Part shown: piece by piece, positions 7,920 through 18,676 of the stretch
Numbering within the stretch: the stretch's first letter is position 1
How the letters are laid out: every line of letters starts with the position of its first letter
From: Candidatus Aenigmatarchaeota archaeon
GTDB lineage: Archaea > Aenigmatarchaeota > Aenigmatarchaeia > QMZP01
NCBI GenBank assembly: GCA_038999435.1
Contig: JAVZYR010000001.1
Location: 1-64,000 of the forward strand
Length of the DNA stretch: 64,000 bases
Reading direction: 5' to 3'
Translations under genes and position numbers: made by a program
Notes under the pieces: generated by a model
Database searches by the model: none
What the model was told of the DNA's origin: nothing
The model's input: only the letters and a program-made list of their open reading frames with translations

Positions 7920-10513
7920 ATCACACCTTTGAATGACAATGTGCCAACAATTGCAAACATCAATATACCTATGAATGCAATTGAAAACCAGAAGGCAGGG
8001 TTCTGTTCAATCTTGCATTTTGCACTGCATGCACCACCACAATCTATTCCCTCTTCATTTAGGTCTTTAAAGCCATTAAAGCATGTATATCTTGGTTGGC
8101 AGTAATCAGGATTATCTGTGACGCCATCGCAATCATCATCTATATTGTTATAACATATATCATATTGATATGGTATAACAGAGCAGGCACCCCATTTGCC
8201 ATCAGCTCCGCATGTCTGAATTCCTGTTGCACATATCCCCTTATATCCAATCTCAGCACAGGAGCGGTTTTGACCAGGCCTGCAGCATCTCAACCCTTCA
8301 TCAATCTCGCCATTGCAGTTATCATCAATATCATTGCATGTTGTCTCTATCCTGGATTTTATGCCTGCAATTTCTGTCTCGCTGCGCCCACTGCATCCGC
8401 ATTTTGTGAGGCTTGGATCAACTGCACCACCAATATTATCAATAACACCATCACAGTCATCGTCAATGCCATTGCACGTCTCCTGCTTTGGCCCTATTGC
8501 ACCTTTGCATTCGCTCCACACAGGCCCGCTCGGGCCCTGTATGCATGTTTTTATTCCTGCCTTGCATGCACCAATATTCTTTCCACATGGTGCTGTTTGA
8601 CCAATTTGGCAGACACACTGTCTTGATTCATTTTTCTCAATCCATGCCTCCTCATCAACCTCGCCATTGCAGTTATCATCAATGCTGTTATTGCATATTT
8701 CAGGAAGCTCATATGGCTTTGCTGTTGCATTGCATGCCAATCTACCTTCTGCACATATCCAATATCCACCACACGGTGAATTGTTTTTCCAATCACCAAG
8801 CCCAATCTCATCAATTACTTCTCTGACCTGTGCTGCTGTGAATGGCACATCACCAAATCTCTTTACAAGCTCTTCGTAAACCTTTTTAGTGCATTTTCTG
8901 TAAGGTTCCTGGGGAAATATCTCCTCATCAATCTTGCCATTGCAGTTATTATCCTTTCCATCGCATATCTCAATGCATCCAGGACATATCGTTGGGTCTG
9001 TGTCATTGCAGTCGCCCATTTCAGGACACCAACTATCACCATCACCATCATCGCATGCTGTAAAATTGCTTGCATTGCTTACACGAAGTTGGCCATTTGT
9101 ATAGATCCTTATCTCAAGCCTGCCATTATTATCAGGCCCAAAAAGGCCTTCAAATGCTGATAGAGGAAGTGTGAAGTTGTATGTGTTGTCGAGTTTTGGA
9201 AAGATTGCGCGGGCACTAACATTCAGATGACTGCCATTCCATGATTGGCTGAATGAAATTGGTGCACTAAATTGAATAAGGGTTGCGTTGGCTTTTTGTA
9301 CGGTTACAACATCACAGCCTGTGAGCGCACCTTCGCATTGTACCCCACCTACTATTTTCAGAATATCTGAGGCGTTGAAGGTTTTTGCATAGCTTCCATT
9401 TTGTGTTGTGGCTTGCGAAGGGAATAGCGATGATTTTCCCCAATCATCATCTAACTCTGTTTTTGTGCTTGTATATGCGCAGACATGAGCAAGTGCTGTC
9501 GTGCTTGTTAGTGTAGCAAAATTATATGGTAGATATTGAATGATATATGCCCTGTCTGGGTCATAATTATATATTGTTATGTTTGTGTATCCTGTTTTGT
9601 TTTCATCCCAGCCAAATGACCAATTAGCACCTATACCCTTTTCAAGATATGTCAGGTTGCCATCCTCTTCAACCCTGTAAATACCACCAACAAGCGTGCC
9701 ATTGTAAAGATCTCTGTAAGAGCTCAAACTGCCTACATCAAGATAGAGATTGGCTATCTTTCCAAATTTGTTTGGGCCATAACTTATCCAATTCGATACA
9801 TTTCTCCATCCTGTGCAATTAACAGGCCTAAGCCCTGCAATCTGATAATTTGTTTGACCTGTCTTGGTGGCAGGGCAGAGCAGAACAGTCCTTATCCAGC
9901 CATCTTTGTCTGACATCTCTGTGACAAGCCTTTGCCCACCACATGCTGCCCTAACCGTTACATACACATCGCCACCTGAAACGCTTGTTATTTCGTACGT
10001 TGTATTTTCAGGTCTAAAGCCGTCATGGCCAGTACAAAGACCAAATACAGTTGAGAGATTTTTTATGTATTTAAGCCCTTCACTGCCATTCACACGATTG
10101 TTTGTATAGGTGATGTTGTAGGTCTCGCTTACCCCATCCATGCATTTTGTGCTCACACTGGCTGTAAATGCGAAATCCTGATCCGGCCATTCTGTCCAGG
10201 CCTTTGTGCCATTTGCTGAAATAAGATAGGAGAAATTCGTCTCAATAAAGCCGTATTCTGATATGTTGTAATAATCTTGAAGGGTTAGTTGCGACATCTT
10301 TTGCATTCCCTGTCCTGCATCAAGCCATGCCTCGATGCTTCCATTCGACAGCTCATCAAAAAAGACAGTGACATTGCCTATGAAAAGCCCGCCCCGTGCA
10401 ACCTTGTTCAGCATGTTGAGATTGACTGACATGGCTGCAAGGGCTGTTTGGGCAACAAAACCAAGGGCAAGGGCCATGCACACGGCTACAAGGCAGAAAT
10501 TAAACCATCGCAT
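7916..10513 (-). CDS. Large Cys-rich surface protein with multiple CD/NxxDDNCNG (MopE-like metal-binding) repeats, signal peptide and C-terminal TM anchor
   Basis: Signal peptide MRWFNFCLVAVCMALALG..ALA; DGDGDSWC..GDCND.DP.ICPG.EICDGKDNNCNG; about five repeat copies; hydrophobic C-terminus. Confidence 0.8.
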   Translation of the reverse strand: MRWFNFCLVAVCMALALGFVAQTALAAMSVNLNMLNKVARGGLFIGNVTVFFDELSNGSIEAWLDAGQGMQKMSQLTLQDYYNISEYGFIETNFSYLISANGTKAWTEWPDQDFAFTASVSTKCMDGVSETYNITYTNNRVNGSEGLKYIKNLSTVFGLCTGHDGFRPENTTYEITSVSGGDVYVTVRAACGGQRLVTEMSDKDGWIRTVLLCPATKTGQTNYQIAGLRPVNCTGWRNVSNWISYGPNKFGKIANLYLDVGSLSSYRDLYNGTLVGGIYRVEEDGNLTYLEKGIGANWSFGWDENKTGYTNITIYNYDPDRAYIIQYLPYNFATLTSTTALAHVCAYTSTKTELDDDWGKSSLFPSQATTQNGSYAKTFNASDILKIVGGVQCEGALTGCDVVTVQKANATLIQFSAPISFSQSWNGSHLNVSARAIFPKLDNTYNFTLPLSAFEGLFGPDNNGRLEIRIYTNGQLRVSNASNFTACDDGDGDSWCPEMGDCNDTDPTICPGCIEICDGKDNNCNGKIDEEIFPQEPYRKCTKKVYEELVKRFGDVPFTAAQVREVIDEIGLGDWKNNSPCGGYWICAEGRLACNATAKPYELPEICNNSIDDNCNGEVDEEAWIEKNESRQCVCQIGQTAPCGKNIGACKAGIKTCIQGPSGPVWSECKGAIGPKQETCNGIDDDCDGVIDNIGGAVDPSLTKCGCSGRSETEIAGIKSRIETTCNDIDDNCNGEIDEGLRCCRPGQNRSCAEIGYKGICATGIQTCGADGKWGACSVIPYQYDICYNNIDDDCDGVTDNPDYCQPRYTCFNGFKDLNEEGIDCGGACSAKCKIEQNPAFWFSIAFIGILMFAIVGTLSFKGVI
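8448..8494 (-). repeat. 47-bp inverted repeat, copy 2 (partner 1241-1287)
   Basis: Encodes GPKQETCNGIDDDCDG, in the same codon phase as copy 1 (GPRQETCNGIDDDCDG). Confidence 0.85.
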
Positions 10514-10629
10514 AATTTATTATTATTTTTGCATGGATAAAAATCAATGAAAATTAAACACCAAATGATGTTCCTACCACCAGTTTGTGATGATACTTGC
10601 TCTGGAGTCCGCAATATATCAGGATAATA

Positions 10630-13566
10630 TTACACTGTGGGATTCATCCATCTTCCAAGCTTAACAAGTTTACCACTTTTCGTTATACCATACCAAAAAC
10701 CGTCCTGTCCTGGATACATGTATGCTATATCTGCCCAATTTATTCCTGCACCACTTGCACTTGCACCACCACCTCCCGCCCCTGCACCAGCACCTCCACC
10801 AGCACCTCCACCAGCGCCTCCACCACCTGAAGCAGCAATAGGATTTGCTTTCATCATCATATATGCAATACAGAGGGTAAAGGCTGTGCACATGGTCATA
10901 TCTATCAGACCTGCAGTGTCCGTACTTATCATACTATTATATTTGCTTTCCATATCTGAAATTTCATCTAACAAATCTTCAATATCATCTTCTATCTCAT
11001 TATAGTTGACATTGCCGCACTTGTCATAAATTCTGTTATAAACATCATCTGCGAAGTTTTTAACATCTGCTTCTATTGTAAACTTTTTTATAAAGCTTAC
11101 CACGCATGCTAATCCTGCAGCGGCGCATGATGCCAAAAGATACCACTTGTTACATGGTTTCACTATGCAACTAACTATATACGAGATGAAAAAAACAGCT
11201 GATATTAAAACGAGTCCATTAAAAATTGCATTAAACAAATCTTCCTTGCTATCTATTTTACCCATCTCCTCTTCTGTATCTTCCATGTAATCCCAGCACT
11301 GCTTGACTGCTTCGCTGAAGCTGACAGTGAATGAGATATTTCTTGTATAGTTTTCATATTTCGAAGTAATCTCTGAGCCATCGGCCAGGATTTTGATTGT
11401 GTATCCAACAAAGACACGATTTTTCTGGGTTGTTGTGCTGTATTTCTTATCTTGAACATAATTTGTCATTGTGCTCTTCGTTGTACTGCTTTCTGTAATT
11501 TCGCCTTTTGCAATACAAACAAATTTTGTCATAGTTTTGGTGGAGCTGATATTGTAGCATCTGCTGACATGAAGGCTGTCGTTTTTGTCATCACCGATAA
11601 CCTTAATTTCCATATCCTTAATTCTTGCCTTCAAGTCAGGTGGGTGCAGAACAGTAACATTAAAAGAAAAATTTAAGCTGCACGTGGCAGGCTCGACAAA
11701 GTTATGGATACAAGCAACATTTGCAGGAAGCTTTATTGCACCGCTCACATGACTTAGGTTTCGGCATTGCCCAATTTCAGGCACACATGTCAGACCAGAC
11801 GGGCACATATAGCCAAATGCCTCTGCATCCTGACAGCAGTTATCAATAGACTCTCCGAGTTCTGGCTCAAGTATGCCATTTCCGCAGTCAGGCACAACAG
11901 TCAGGTTTATATCAAAAATACCATCATTGAATGTCTTTGATATTTCCTGCGAGCCATTGTTGAAGCTTAGGGTCAGATTTATTCTGTTTCCTGAAAAAAC
12001 ACCTGTAGTTGCAGGTGTACCACTTAACATACCTTTTATTTCATTGTATAATATAGGCATGCTCTGAAGTTTGCATGTCACAATCGAGCCGTTTCTTGAG
12101 CAGCCAAGGACCTGGCAGCATGTAGCTCTGTCAGTACATGCATTGCGAAGGGCATCTCCGAGGATGCAAGATGCGGTTATACCCTCCTTTGTGCTGTTCG
12201 GCACGTCTGTCAACTCAATTGCAACATTAAAAGATGGTGTGATTGTGAGATAGCCAGCAGTAGCTTGTGTGAGTGCTACTGCATCAGTAGCATTTATATT
12301 AACAACCTGAAATGCATCTAAGTTTTTGCATAGATTCTGAAAGCTCGGTCCATAATGGCCTGCTTTCTGTTGATTTGATTGCAATAATGATATCTGATAA
12401 TCGGTTATATCACAGTATTGACTTCCTCCGCATGGCACATCATAACAGCAATTCTCGCTTGTCTCATTTTCCTGCACAACTCCATCCCCACAGTATACCT
12501 TGTTCAGTGAAAAGTATATGCTTGAGGTGAAGGTCTTTTGTTTTGGTGTTGTGCAGTCCTTATAATTTGCCAATGCATTCAACCTAATAGCTATACTGTA
12601 GTCATACTCATCGCTATACTCTGCTATGTTGTAATTTGCAGTGCAATTTGCATTGTATATATTTTCTGATACCGAACCAGCCCCGCATGTTATGGAAACA
12701 CCTTGAAGCTGGCATGGGAAACCAGCTGCCCTTACGCATGAAATTGCGCCAGGAGAGATTGATAATGAAACACCTGATGGTGCGTCAGATAATGTAATCT
12801 TAAATTTCGCTTCATTGTGTTTTGCAGGTGGAATCACTACAGCACTGAAACTGCTTGGTTCTGACTTACATATCCCTGTTGATTTTTGACCACCTTTGAC
12901 ATCACAATATTGCCCCTCTGAGCAAGGACAATCGCAGCAACAATTATTAACACTTTCGCCAAGTTCTGTTTGGCATTGCCCATCTCCACATATCCAGGAA
13001 GATATGCTGATGTCTGAAAATCCAGCCGAGATATTATAAATGGTCTCATTTATTGCATAATCTGGTATGCTGAGGTTAAATGCAATTTTATTTGATGTCA
13101 ATGTGTATTGGCCCTCACCACATCCAGCAAGCGCAGGTATTTCAATTGTGCAATTTATCTTGTTATCCCAAACTGCGCATTTTGATGTATCAATGTTGCG
13201 TGTCAGGTTGCCAAGCGTGTAGGAAGCAGAACTGATGTATGCACCTGTTGGCATATTAACAATCTTTACTGTAACATTCGCTTCATGTCTATTGTTACAG
13301 CCAATAAAAGATGTTGGTGTGGTTTGAATATGCTGAAGGCTTATGTCACTGAGTTGTTTGCATGTTTGTGTTCCTGTGTCGCAGTACCATCCAGTAGGAC
13401 ATGGATTATTAGGATCGCATGACTCAAATTGCGCTCTTGCGCTTGGTATGATTTGTGCTGGTTTCCACTCAGCCATTAGTGCAGATGATACCCACGTCCA
13501 GCTAAAGATAAGCCATGCTACCAAAATCGCGCCAATTTCAATTACAAGGAGCCTTTTGTTCAACAT
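10630..13566 (-). CDS. Large Cys-rich membrane/surface protein with CGDG..E..NCC.DC repeats, C-terminal hydrophobic hairpin and Gly/Ala-rich tail
   Basis: ORF track 10630-13581; ATG at 13566 overlaps the upstream stop (ATGTTGA); N-terminal TM; three CG(D/N)G...NCC repeats. Confidence 0.75.
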   Translation of the reverse strand: MLNKRLLVIEIGAILVAWLIFSWTWVSSALMAEWKPAQIIPSARAQFESCDPNNPCPTGWYCDTGTQTCKQLSDISLQHIQTTPTSFIGCNNRHEANVTVKIVNMPTGAYISSASYTLGNLTRNIDTSKCAVWDNKINCTIEIPALAGCGEGQYTLTSNKIAFNLSIPDYAINETIYNISAGFSDISISSWICGDGQCQTELGESVNNCCCDCPCSEGQYCDVKGGQKSTGICKSEPSSFSAVVIPPAKHNEAKFKITLSDAPSGVSLSISPGAISCVRAAGFPCQLQGVSITCGAGSVSENIYNANCTANYNIAEYSDEYDYSIAIRLNALANYKDCTTPKQKTFTSSIYFSLNKVYCGDGVVQENETSENCCYDVPCGGSQYCDITDYQISLLQSNQQKAGHYGPSFQNLCKNLDAFQVVNINATDAVALTQATAGYLTITPSFNVAIELTDVPNSTKEGITASCILGDALRNACTDRATCCQVLGCSRNGSIVTCKLQSMPILYNEIKGMLSGTPATTGVFSGNRINLTLSFNNGSQEISKTFNDGIFDINLTVVPDCGNGILEPELGESIDNCCQDAEAFGYMCPSGLTCVPEIGQCRNLSHVSGAIKLPANVACIHNFVEPATCSLNFSFNVTVLHPPDLKARIKDMEIKVIGDDKNDSLHVSRCYNISSTKTMTKFVCIAKGEITESSTTKSTMTNYVQDKKYSTTTQKNRVFVGYTIKILADGSEITSKYENYTRNISFTVSFSEAVKQCWDYMEDTEEEMGKIDSKEDLFNAIFNGLVLISAVFFISYIVSCIVKPCNKWYLLASCAAAGLACVVSFIKKFTIEADVKNFADDVYNRIYDKCGNVNYNEIEDDIEDLLDEISDMESKYNSMISTDTAGLIDMTMCTAFTLCIAYMMMKANPIAASGGGGAGGGAGGGAGAGAGGGGASASGAGINWADIAYMYPGQDGFWYGITKSGKLVKLGRWMNPTV

Positions 13567-15872
13567 ATCTGAAGGCTGCAAAGCGCTATTTGTTTATAGT
13601 CAAAGCATGCCATTATTTTTAAACATTCTGGTGGAAGGTTATAGGTTGGTTTCCATGGTAAATTTGGAAATATAGCAGCTTTGTAGGACTCTTGTATGCA
13701 GAATGGTATAAGGGTAGACTTACCATATACACAATCATTAAGTATGGCAAAATTATTTATTTCATCATAGCAACCCATATAAACCATGCATGTTGCATTA
13801 CACGGATCACATGGATTTGTGGTACTTCCTGGGATACAACCAGGTGGAGTGTTTTTGTAAAAACCTCCACATGCCCTGAATTCATTCTGACATTGCTTAA
13901 GTATGCCATTTTGTGCTGAATTTTCACTGCATCTGTCTGATACCTGAAGAACAGCAATTGATTTGGTCCCACATCCTAAAAGCCAATCTATCGCCTCTCC
14001 TATGGCTACCCCTCTACATTTATCATGGTCGCTTTCAGAATCGCATCCTCCCATATCCTCACAGCAATCATCTTTTGCAGAATCCCTCACATCATCAGCC
14101 ATGTCCATAATATTTTTCATATCCGGCACAGTTACTATAAGATTTGCATCATATGGTGGTATGTTAATTTGCGTGCTTGATGTCTCAATGGGTGTTGCTC
14201 TGTGCTGATATTTACCCATTGTCTTACCTTCGTATGTGAATATTTCAGCTCCAGCCGTCTGTAGTCCTTCTTTACTCATTACCCTGGCATAGACATTATA
14301 TAGCCCAGGCGGTATATAGTCAACTGTCACGCTATGTTTTATAATCAATGCATCACCAGTCTGTTTGATGCAATCCAGTTCGCTTAAATTGTTGCAATCG
14401 ATAATCTTTGATAAATTGTAATTCATAACATAATATTGTCTGCTGCCATCAGTTGAATTGAAAATCAGCGTGACTGCCTCAACATCCACAGGTGCATATG
14501 CATCATGGCATGAACCTGTGTCCTTATAGAAGCTGAATTTTATTTTTGATGGCTTGAGCAGCACTACAGTCAGACCTACAAGCTCAGAGACAGACTTTCT
14601 CTCTCTGTATATTGAATATCCAGGGGCTGATACGGTCAGATTTCCAATCGAAGCTGTGACAGCACCTTTTACATTTCCATTTGCATCTGTTGTGAATGCA
14701 CAGCCCTCATAATATACAGTTGCGCCGGGTATGGGTGCCCCTGATTGGTCAATCACAGTTATATTAATCGGATTTGTTGGGTTTTCGCAAGATATGGCAG
14801 GTGTAAGTGTTGCAGCACAATCATTGGCAGGCCTCATATTATCTACAGCAACATTTATTGCAAATTTGAAAAAATTGTCAGCCAGCTCATCATACACAGA
14901 GACAATAGCAGGATATCTAAATGAATATCGAATGTTATACCATTGAATGCAGATTTGCACAGTATAAGAAAATACACCAGAGAGCCTTAATATCGGCTCT
15001 GCAGGCCCAATAAATATCATCCCGCTCTGTGTGGCATAAAGAAGTGGCAGCCCAAGCTGTGGATTAAGGTCTGTATATTTCTTGCCATCAAGGTCAGGGA
15101 TGTTCAACACAGGGCTATGCTTTGTGTTTACAGGTTTCCACCATTGAATATTGCTCAACGTGTACTCAAAAACACCCCTCATTAGGGCACTTGTCTCCTC
15201 AGGCATAAGAAGTATTGTCTGCCCACATTCTGTCAGCCATCCAAATGTTGGTAGCTGAGAATAATACAGATTTTTGATTGTTGCCCATTCAAGTGCTCTT
15301 GTGTTTGCCTGAAAATTTGTGAAGTCCTTGGCAAATTTATATATATAGCCAAACCTTGTCGGAACCGTGACAACGTAAGGCTGTTCAAGCTCTTCTCCTC
15401 CCACTTTTGTAGGAAGCCATAGTGCAAAATTTATCTTGTCTTCCTCAATCTTTATTTCAGCCTTTACATCTGTCTTATCAAATGAAACCTGCTTGCCATC
15501 GATTGTCATGGTATTATTTAGAGATGCAAGAACATCGCCCATTGTTTTATTTTTCAGATTGTTTTCTATCTCTTGCAGGGTAGGGTAGGTTTTGTTTCCA
15601 CAGGCAGACCAATATGCAACAGGCGTGTCTATGTAAAGCGGGCTGTCTGCTGGTGGGCTGAACAAACCTCCCTGTGCTTCTATTATCTCAAGATTTTCAG
15701 TGAGCCTCTCCTTTATGATACTTAATATCTGGCTGTGTACATGCTTTAGATGCTCTGGAATTGCTGGAGAGACAGGGAACGCAGGTGCAGCAAGAAATAG
15801 ATAATATATTGCAATTATAGCAATGATAACAATACCAATAATAGCAATAAATTCCAGCTGCCCTTTAGCCAT
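13560..15872 (-). CDS. Large secreted protein with class III (type IV prepilin-like) signal peptide and carboxypeptidase-regulatory-like beta-sandwich
   Basis: Starts MAKGQLEFIAIIGIVIIAII (KG/Q..F plus hydrophobic run); ITVIDQSGAPIPGATV...VSAPGY; Cys-rich C-terminus. Confidence 0.75.
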   Translation of the reverse strand: MAKGQLEFIAIIGIVIIAIIAIYYLFLAAPAFPVSPAIPEHLKHVHSQILSIIKERLTENLEIIEAQGGLFSPPADSPLYIDTPVAYWSACGNKTYPTLQEIENNLKNKTMGDVLASLNNTMTIDGKQVSFDKTDVKAEIKIEEDKINFALWLPTKVGGEELEQPYVVTVPTRFGYIYKFAKDFTNFQANTRALEWATIKNLYYSQLPTFGWLTECGQTILLMPEETSALMRGVFEYTLSNIQWWKPVNTKHSPVLNIPDLDGKKYTDLNPQLGLPLLYATQSGMIFIGPAEPILRLSGVFSYTVQICIQWYNIRYSFRYPAIVSVYDELADNFFKFAINVAVDNMRPANDCAATLTPAISCENPTNPINITVIDQSGAPIPGATVYYEGCAFTTDANGNVKGAVTASIGNLTVSAPGYSIYRERKSVSELVGLTVVLLKPSKIKFSFYKDTGSCHDAYAPVDVEAVTLIFNSTDGSRQYYVMNYNLSKIIDCNNLSELDCIKQTGDALIIKHSVTVDYIPPGLYNVYARVMSKEGLQTAGAEIFTYEGKTMGKYQHRATPIETSSTQINIPPYDANLIVTVPDMKNIMDMADDVRDSAKDDCCEDMGGCDSESDHDKCRGVAIGEAIDWLLGCGTKSIAVLQVSDRCSENSAQNGILKQCQNEFRACGGFYKNTPPGCIPGSTTNPCDPCNATCMVYMGCYDEINNFAILNDCVYGKSTLIPFCIQESYKAAIFPNLPWKPTYNLPPECLKIMACFDYKQIALCSLQIC

Positions 15873-15946
15873 AAAAATAATTGGCTGTGTAAATTTAAAT
15901 TAACCTTCTTTGCTCAATTTTAAATTGTTTCAATCCGTTTTTACAT

Positions 15947-18676
15947 ATGCATCCTGTGTTTAAACTGCTTGGTAGCGAAGTTGGGGATTTGGCTAGCAGA
16001 CGATTTGGCCAACCAACACCTGTTCAGGAAGATGTCATTCCACACATCCTTGATGGCAAGGATTGTCTTGTGGTAGCAGAGACAGGCAGTGGAAAAACAG
16101 AGGCATGTCTTCTACCCATATTTAGCAAGTGGCTTTGTCAGCAACCAAAGGCAACAGCCATACTCTACATAACACCATTAAGGGCATTGAACCGTGATTT
16201 GTTAAAAAGGCTTCTTTGGTGGGGAGAAAACATAGGTATAGATATATCAGTGCGGCATGGTGATACGAGTACATATGAAAGGGCGATGCAGGCAGAAAAT
16301 CCTGCTGATATGCTGATATCAACACCTGAAAGCCTTCAGGCAATCCTACTTGGCAAAAAACTCAGAAAGGCGTTAGAAAACATAAAATGGATAATTATTG
16401 ATGAGTTGCACGAGCTGTTTCCAAACAAAAGAGGTGCACAACTCCTCATTGCCCTTGCAAGGCTTTCAGCATTTCTCAAGCAAGGGCCACAAATCATCGC
16501 GCTTTCAGCAACACTTGGAAATCCACAAGAAGCAGCAGAATGGCTCGCTTCGCCATTTGGCAAGCAATGCAATGTGATAAACACTGTGCCAGCAAGGAAA
16601 CAAAAGATATGCATTGAGATGCCAAGGCCTGGCCCACAAGATGTTGAATTTGCAGAGAGAATGGCAACATCACCAGAGCTTGCAGCGCGACTGAGAAGGA
16701 TAAAGGAGATATTCAGCGAGAAAAGGTCTCTGCTGATATTCACAAATACGCGTGAATGGGCAGAGATACTTGCATCGAGGCTGAGGGCAGCCGGGCTTGC
16801 ACTTGATATACATCATTCCTCGCTCTCCAGAGAGGCAAGGATAAAGGCAGAGAATGAGCTGAAGGAAGGAAATATAAAGGCAATTGTGTGCACATCAAGC
16901 CTTGAGCTTGGTATAGACATAGGGCATATAGATTTCATTCTGCAATATGGCTCGCCGAGGCAGGTTGGAAAATTGATTCAGCGTATAGGCCGTTCAGGTC
17001 ATAGGATTGACAAGATAGCAGAAGGAATCATACTCACCACAGATATTGATGATATGCTCGAGGCAAGGGCGATAGTCAGCTTGGCTGAAAAGGGCTGGAC
17101 AGAGCCCATAAGACCATATAACAAGCCATTGGATGTGCTCTGTCATCAAATTGCAGGCATACTTTTAGAAAGATACAAAATAAGGGCAAATGATGTCTAC
17201 AACCTCTTTAAAAAGACAAAAACATTTGAGGGCCTTAGTTGGGAAGAATTTATCGAAATGTGCAATTTTATGCAAAAGCTGGGATATCTTTGGATTGATA
17301 GCATAGGAGATGATTTCTTGCTGAAAAGGAGAAAGGCAACATTCGGATATTACTACTCAAATCTTTCGACGATACCTGATGTTAAAAATTATCGTGTGAT
17401 TGATATCGTGAGCCAGCAGCCAATAGGAACCCTTGATGCAGAGTTTGTTGCGCTGCATGGCAATCCTGACCAGGTTATCATATTCAAGGGCAGGTCATGG
17501 CGCATCATTGAGGTTGGAGAAAGGATACTCGTTGAGCCAACCGATGATATCACAGGTGCAATACCTGCATGGGAAGGTGAGCTAATACCTGTTCCAAAAG
17601 AGGTTGCAGAGAATGTTGGTAAATTAAGAAAGGAAATAAAGATGGATGGACAGCCCATTGTACCTGACAATGAAACAGTACTTTTTGAATGGGGAAAGGA
17701 AAGGGTGCAGGGCCTGGGCCCGAGCATAAACTATGCCATCATCCACATATGCAGTGGCTCTCAGGCAAACGAGGCAATAGGTCAGGCCCTTGCATACAAG
17801 CTCTCACAGCGGTTTGGCTCTGTAGCGCTCAGAACAGACCCATATAGAATATTAATAAGATGGTCAGGTGGAAGTTGGAGAGATGCTTACGAAGCATTCT
17901 TGGATATAAAGGAAGGGGGAAATCTGAAAGAGATTTTGACAGAGGCATTGCCACATACAGAGTTGTTTGCATGGCGCTTCTATCAAGTCTGTCAAAGATT
18001 TGGTATCATATCAAGGGATGCACAGCTATCAAAATTCTACCTTAAAAAGCTAATGGAAAGTTACAGAGATAGCCCTGCATGGCGTGAGACAATGAATGAA
18101 ATAGAGCAGGGCAAGATTGACATCACAGGCGCAGCAGAGGTATTGACAAAGATAAAAAGGATAGAGGTCATAGAAGGCCTAACAGCCCTTGGAAGGGCCA
18201 TTGCGCACAAAGGCTTTGAACTTGTTGGGCTTGCAAGACCAGAGCATGAGATATTTTCAGCATTCAAGGAAAGGCTGTTAGCAACAAAGATTGGGCTTGT
18301 CTGCTGTTATTGTGCAAAATGGGCAAGGGTAACAGAGGTGAGAGAAATACCAGAACTTATATGTCCTGTTTGCAGTTCAAAGTTGATTGCTGTTGTGCCA
18401 TGGAGAAGGGTTGATGAGGCAAAAAAACTAATCGAGGCAGCAAACAAAAAGAAAAGGATGAAAAAAGCTGAAGAGGAAAGGGTAGAAAGGATACTTGCAG
18501 GTGCATACCTTGTGATTTCTCATGGCAGGGATGCTGTGCTCTGTCTCGCAGGCCATGGCATTGGACCACAGACAGCCTCGCGGATACTTTCAACAATGCC
18601 AAAGGATGATGAGTTGTTCAGGGCAATACTAAAGGCTGAAAAGGAATTTTTGAGAACAAGAGTCTATTGGAGATGA
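15947..18676 (+). CDS. lhr: Lhr-family SF2 helicase
   Basis: ETGSGKT, YITPLRALNRD, DELHE, SAT, TSSLELGIDIG, QRIGRSGH, P.WEGE, C-terminal Zn motif. Confidence 0.92.
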   Translation: MHPVFKLLGSEVGDLASRRFGQPTPVQEDVIPHILDGKDCLVVAETGSGKTEACLLPIFSKWLCQQPKATAILYITPLRALNRDLLKRLLWWGENIGIDISVRHGDTSTYERAMQAENPADMLISTPESLQAILLGKKLRKALENIKWIIIDELHELFPNKRGAQLLIALARLSAFLKQGPQIIALSATLGNPQEAAEWLASPFGKQCNVINTVPARKQKICIEMPRPGPQDVEFAERMATSPELAARLRRIKEIFSEKRSLLIFTNTREWAEILASRLRAAGLALDIHHSSLSREARIKAENELKEGNIKAIVCTSSLELGIDIGHIDFILQYGSPRQVGKLIQRIGRSGHRIDKIAEGIILTTDIDDMLEARAIVSLAEKGWTEPIRPYNKPLDVLCHQIAGILLERYKIRANDVYNLFKKTKTFEGLSWEEFIEMCNFMQKLGYLWIDSIGDDFLLKRRKATFGYYYSNLSTIPDVKNYRVIDIVSQQPIGTLDAEFVALHGNPDQVIIFKGRSWRIIEVGERILVEPTDDITGAIPAWEGELIPVPKEVAENVGKLRKEIKMDGQPIVPDNETVLFEWGKERVQGLGPSINYAIIHICSGSQANEAIGQALAYKLSQRFGSVALRTDPYRILIRWSGGSWRDAYEAFLDIKEGGNLKEILTEALPHTELFAWRFYQVCQRFGIISRDAQLSKFYLKKLMESYRDSPAWRETMNEIEQGKIDITGAAEVLTKIKRIEVIEGLTALGRAIAHKGFELVGLARPEHEIFSAFKERLLATKIGLVCCYCAKWARVTEVREIPELICPVCSSKLIAVVPWRRVDEAKKLIEAANKKKRMKKAEEERVERILAGAYLVISHGRDAVLCLAGHGIGPQTASRILSTMPKDDELFRAILKAEKEFLRTRVYWR

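Noticed and set aside
10514..10629. Open frame continuing past the TAA of the ~980-aa gene (possible readthrough)
   Set aside because: Short, no recognisable motif, and TAA is used as a normal stop throughout the window
10740..10830. GC-rich low-complexity tract as a non-coding element
   Set aside because: It encodes the Gly/Ala linker; the Pro-rich plus-strand ORF 10637-11005 is its antisense shadow
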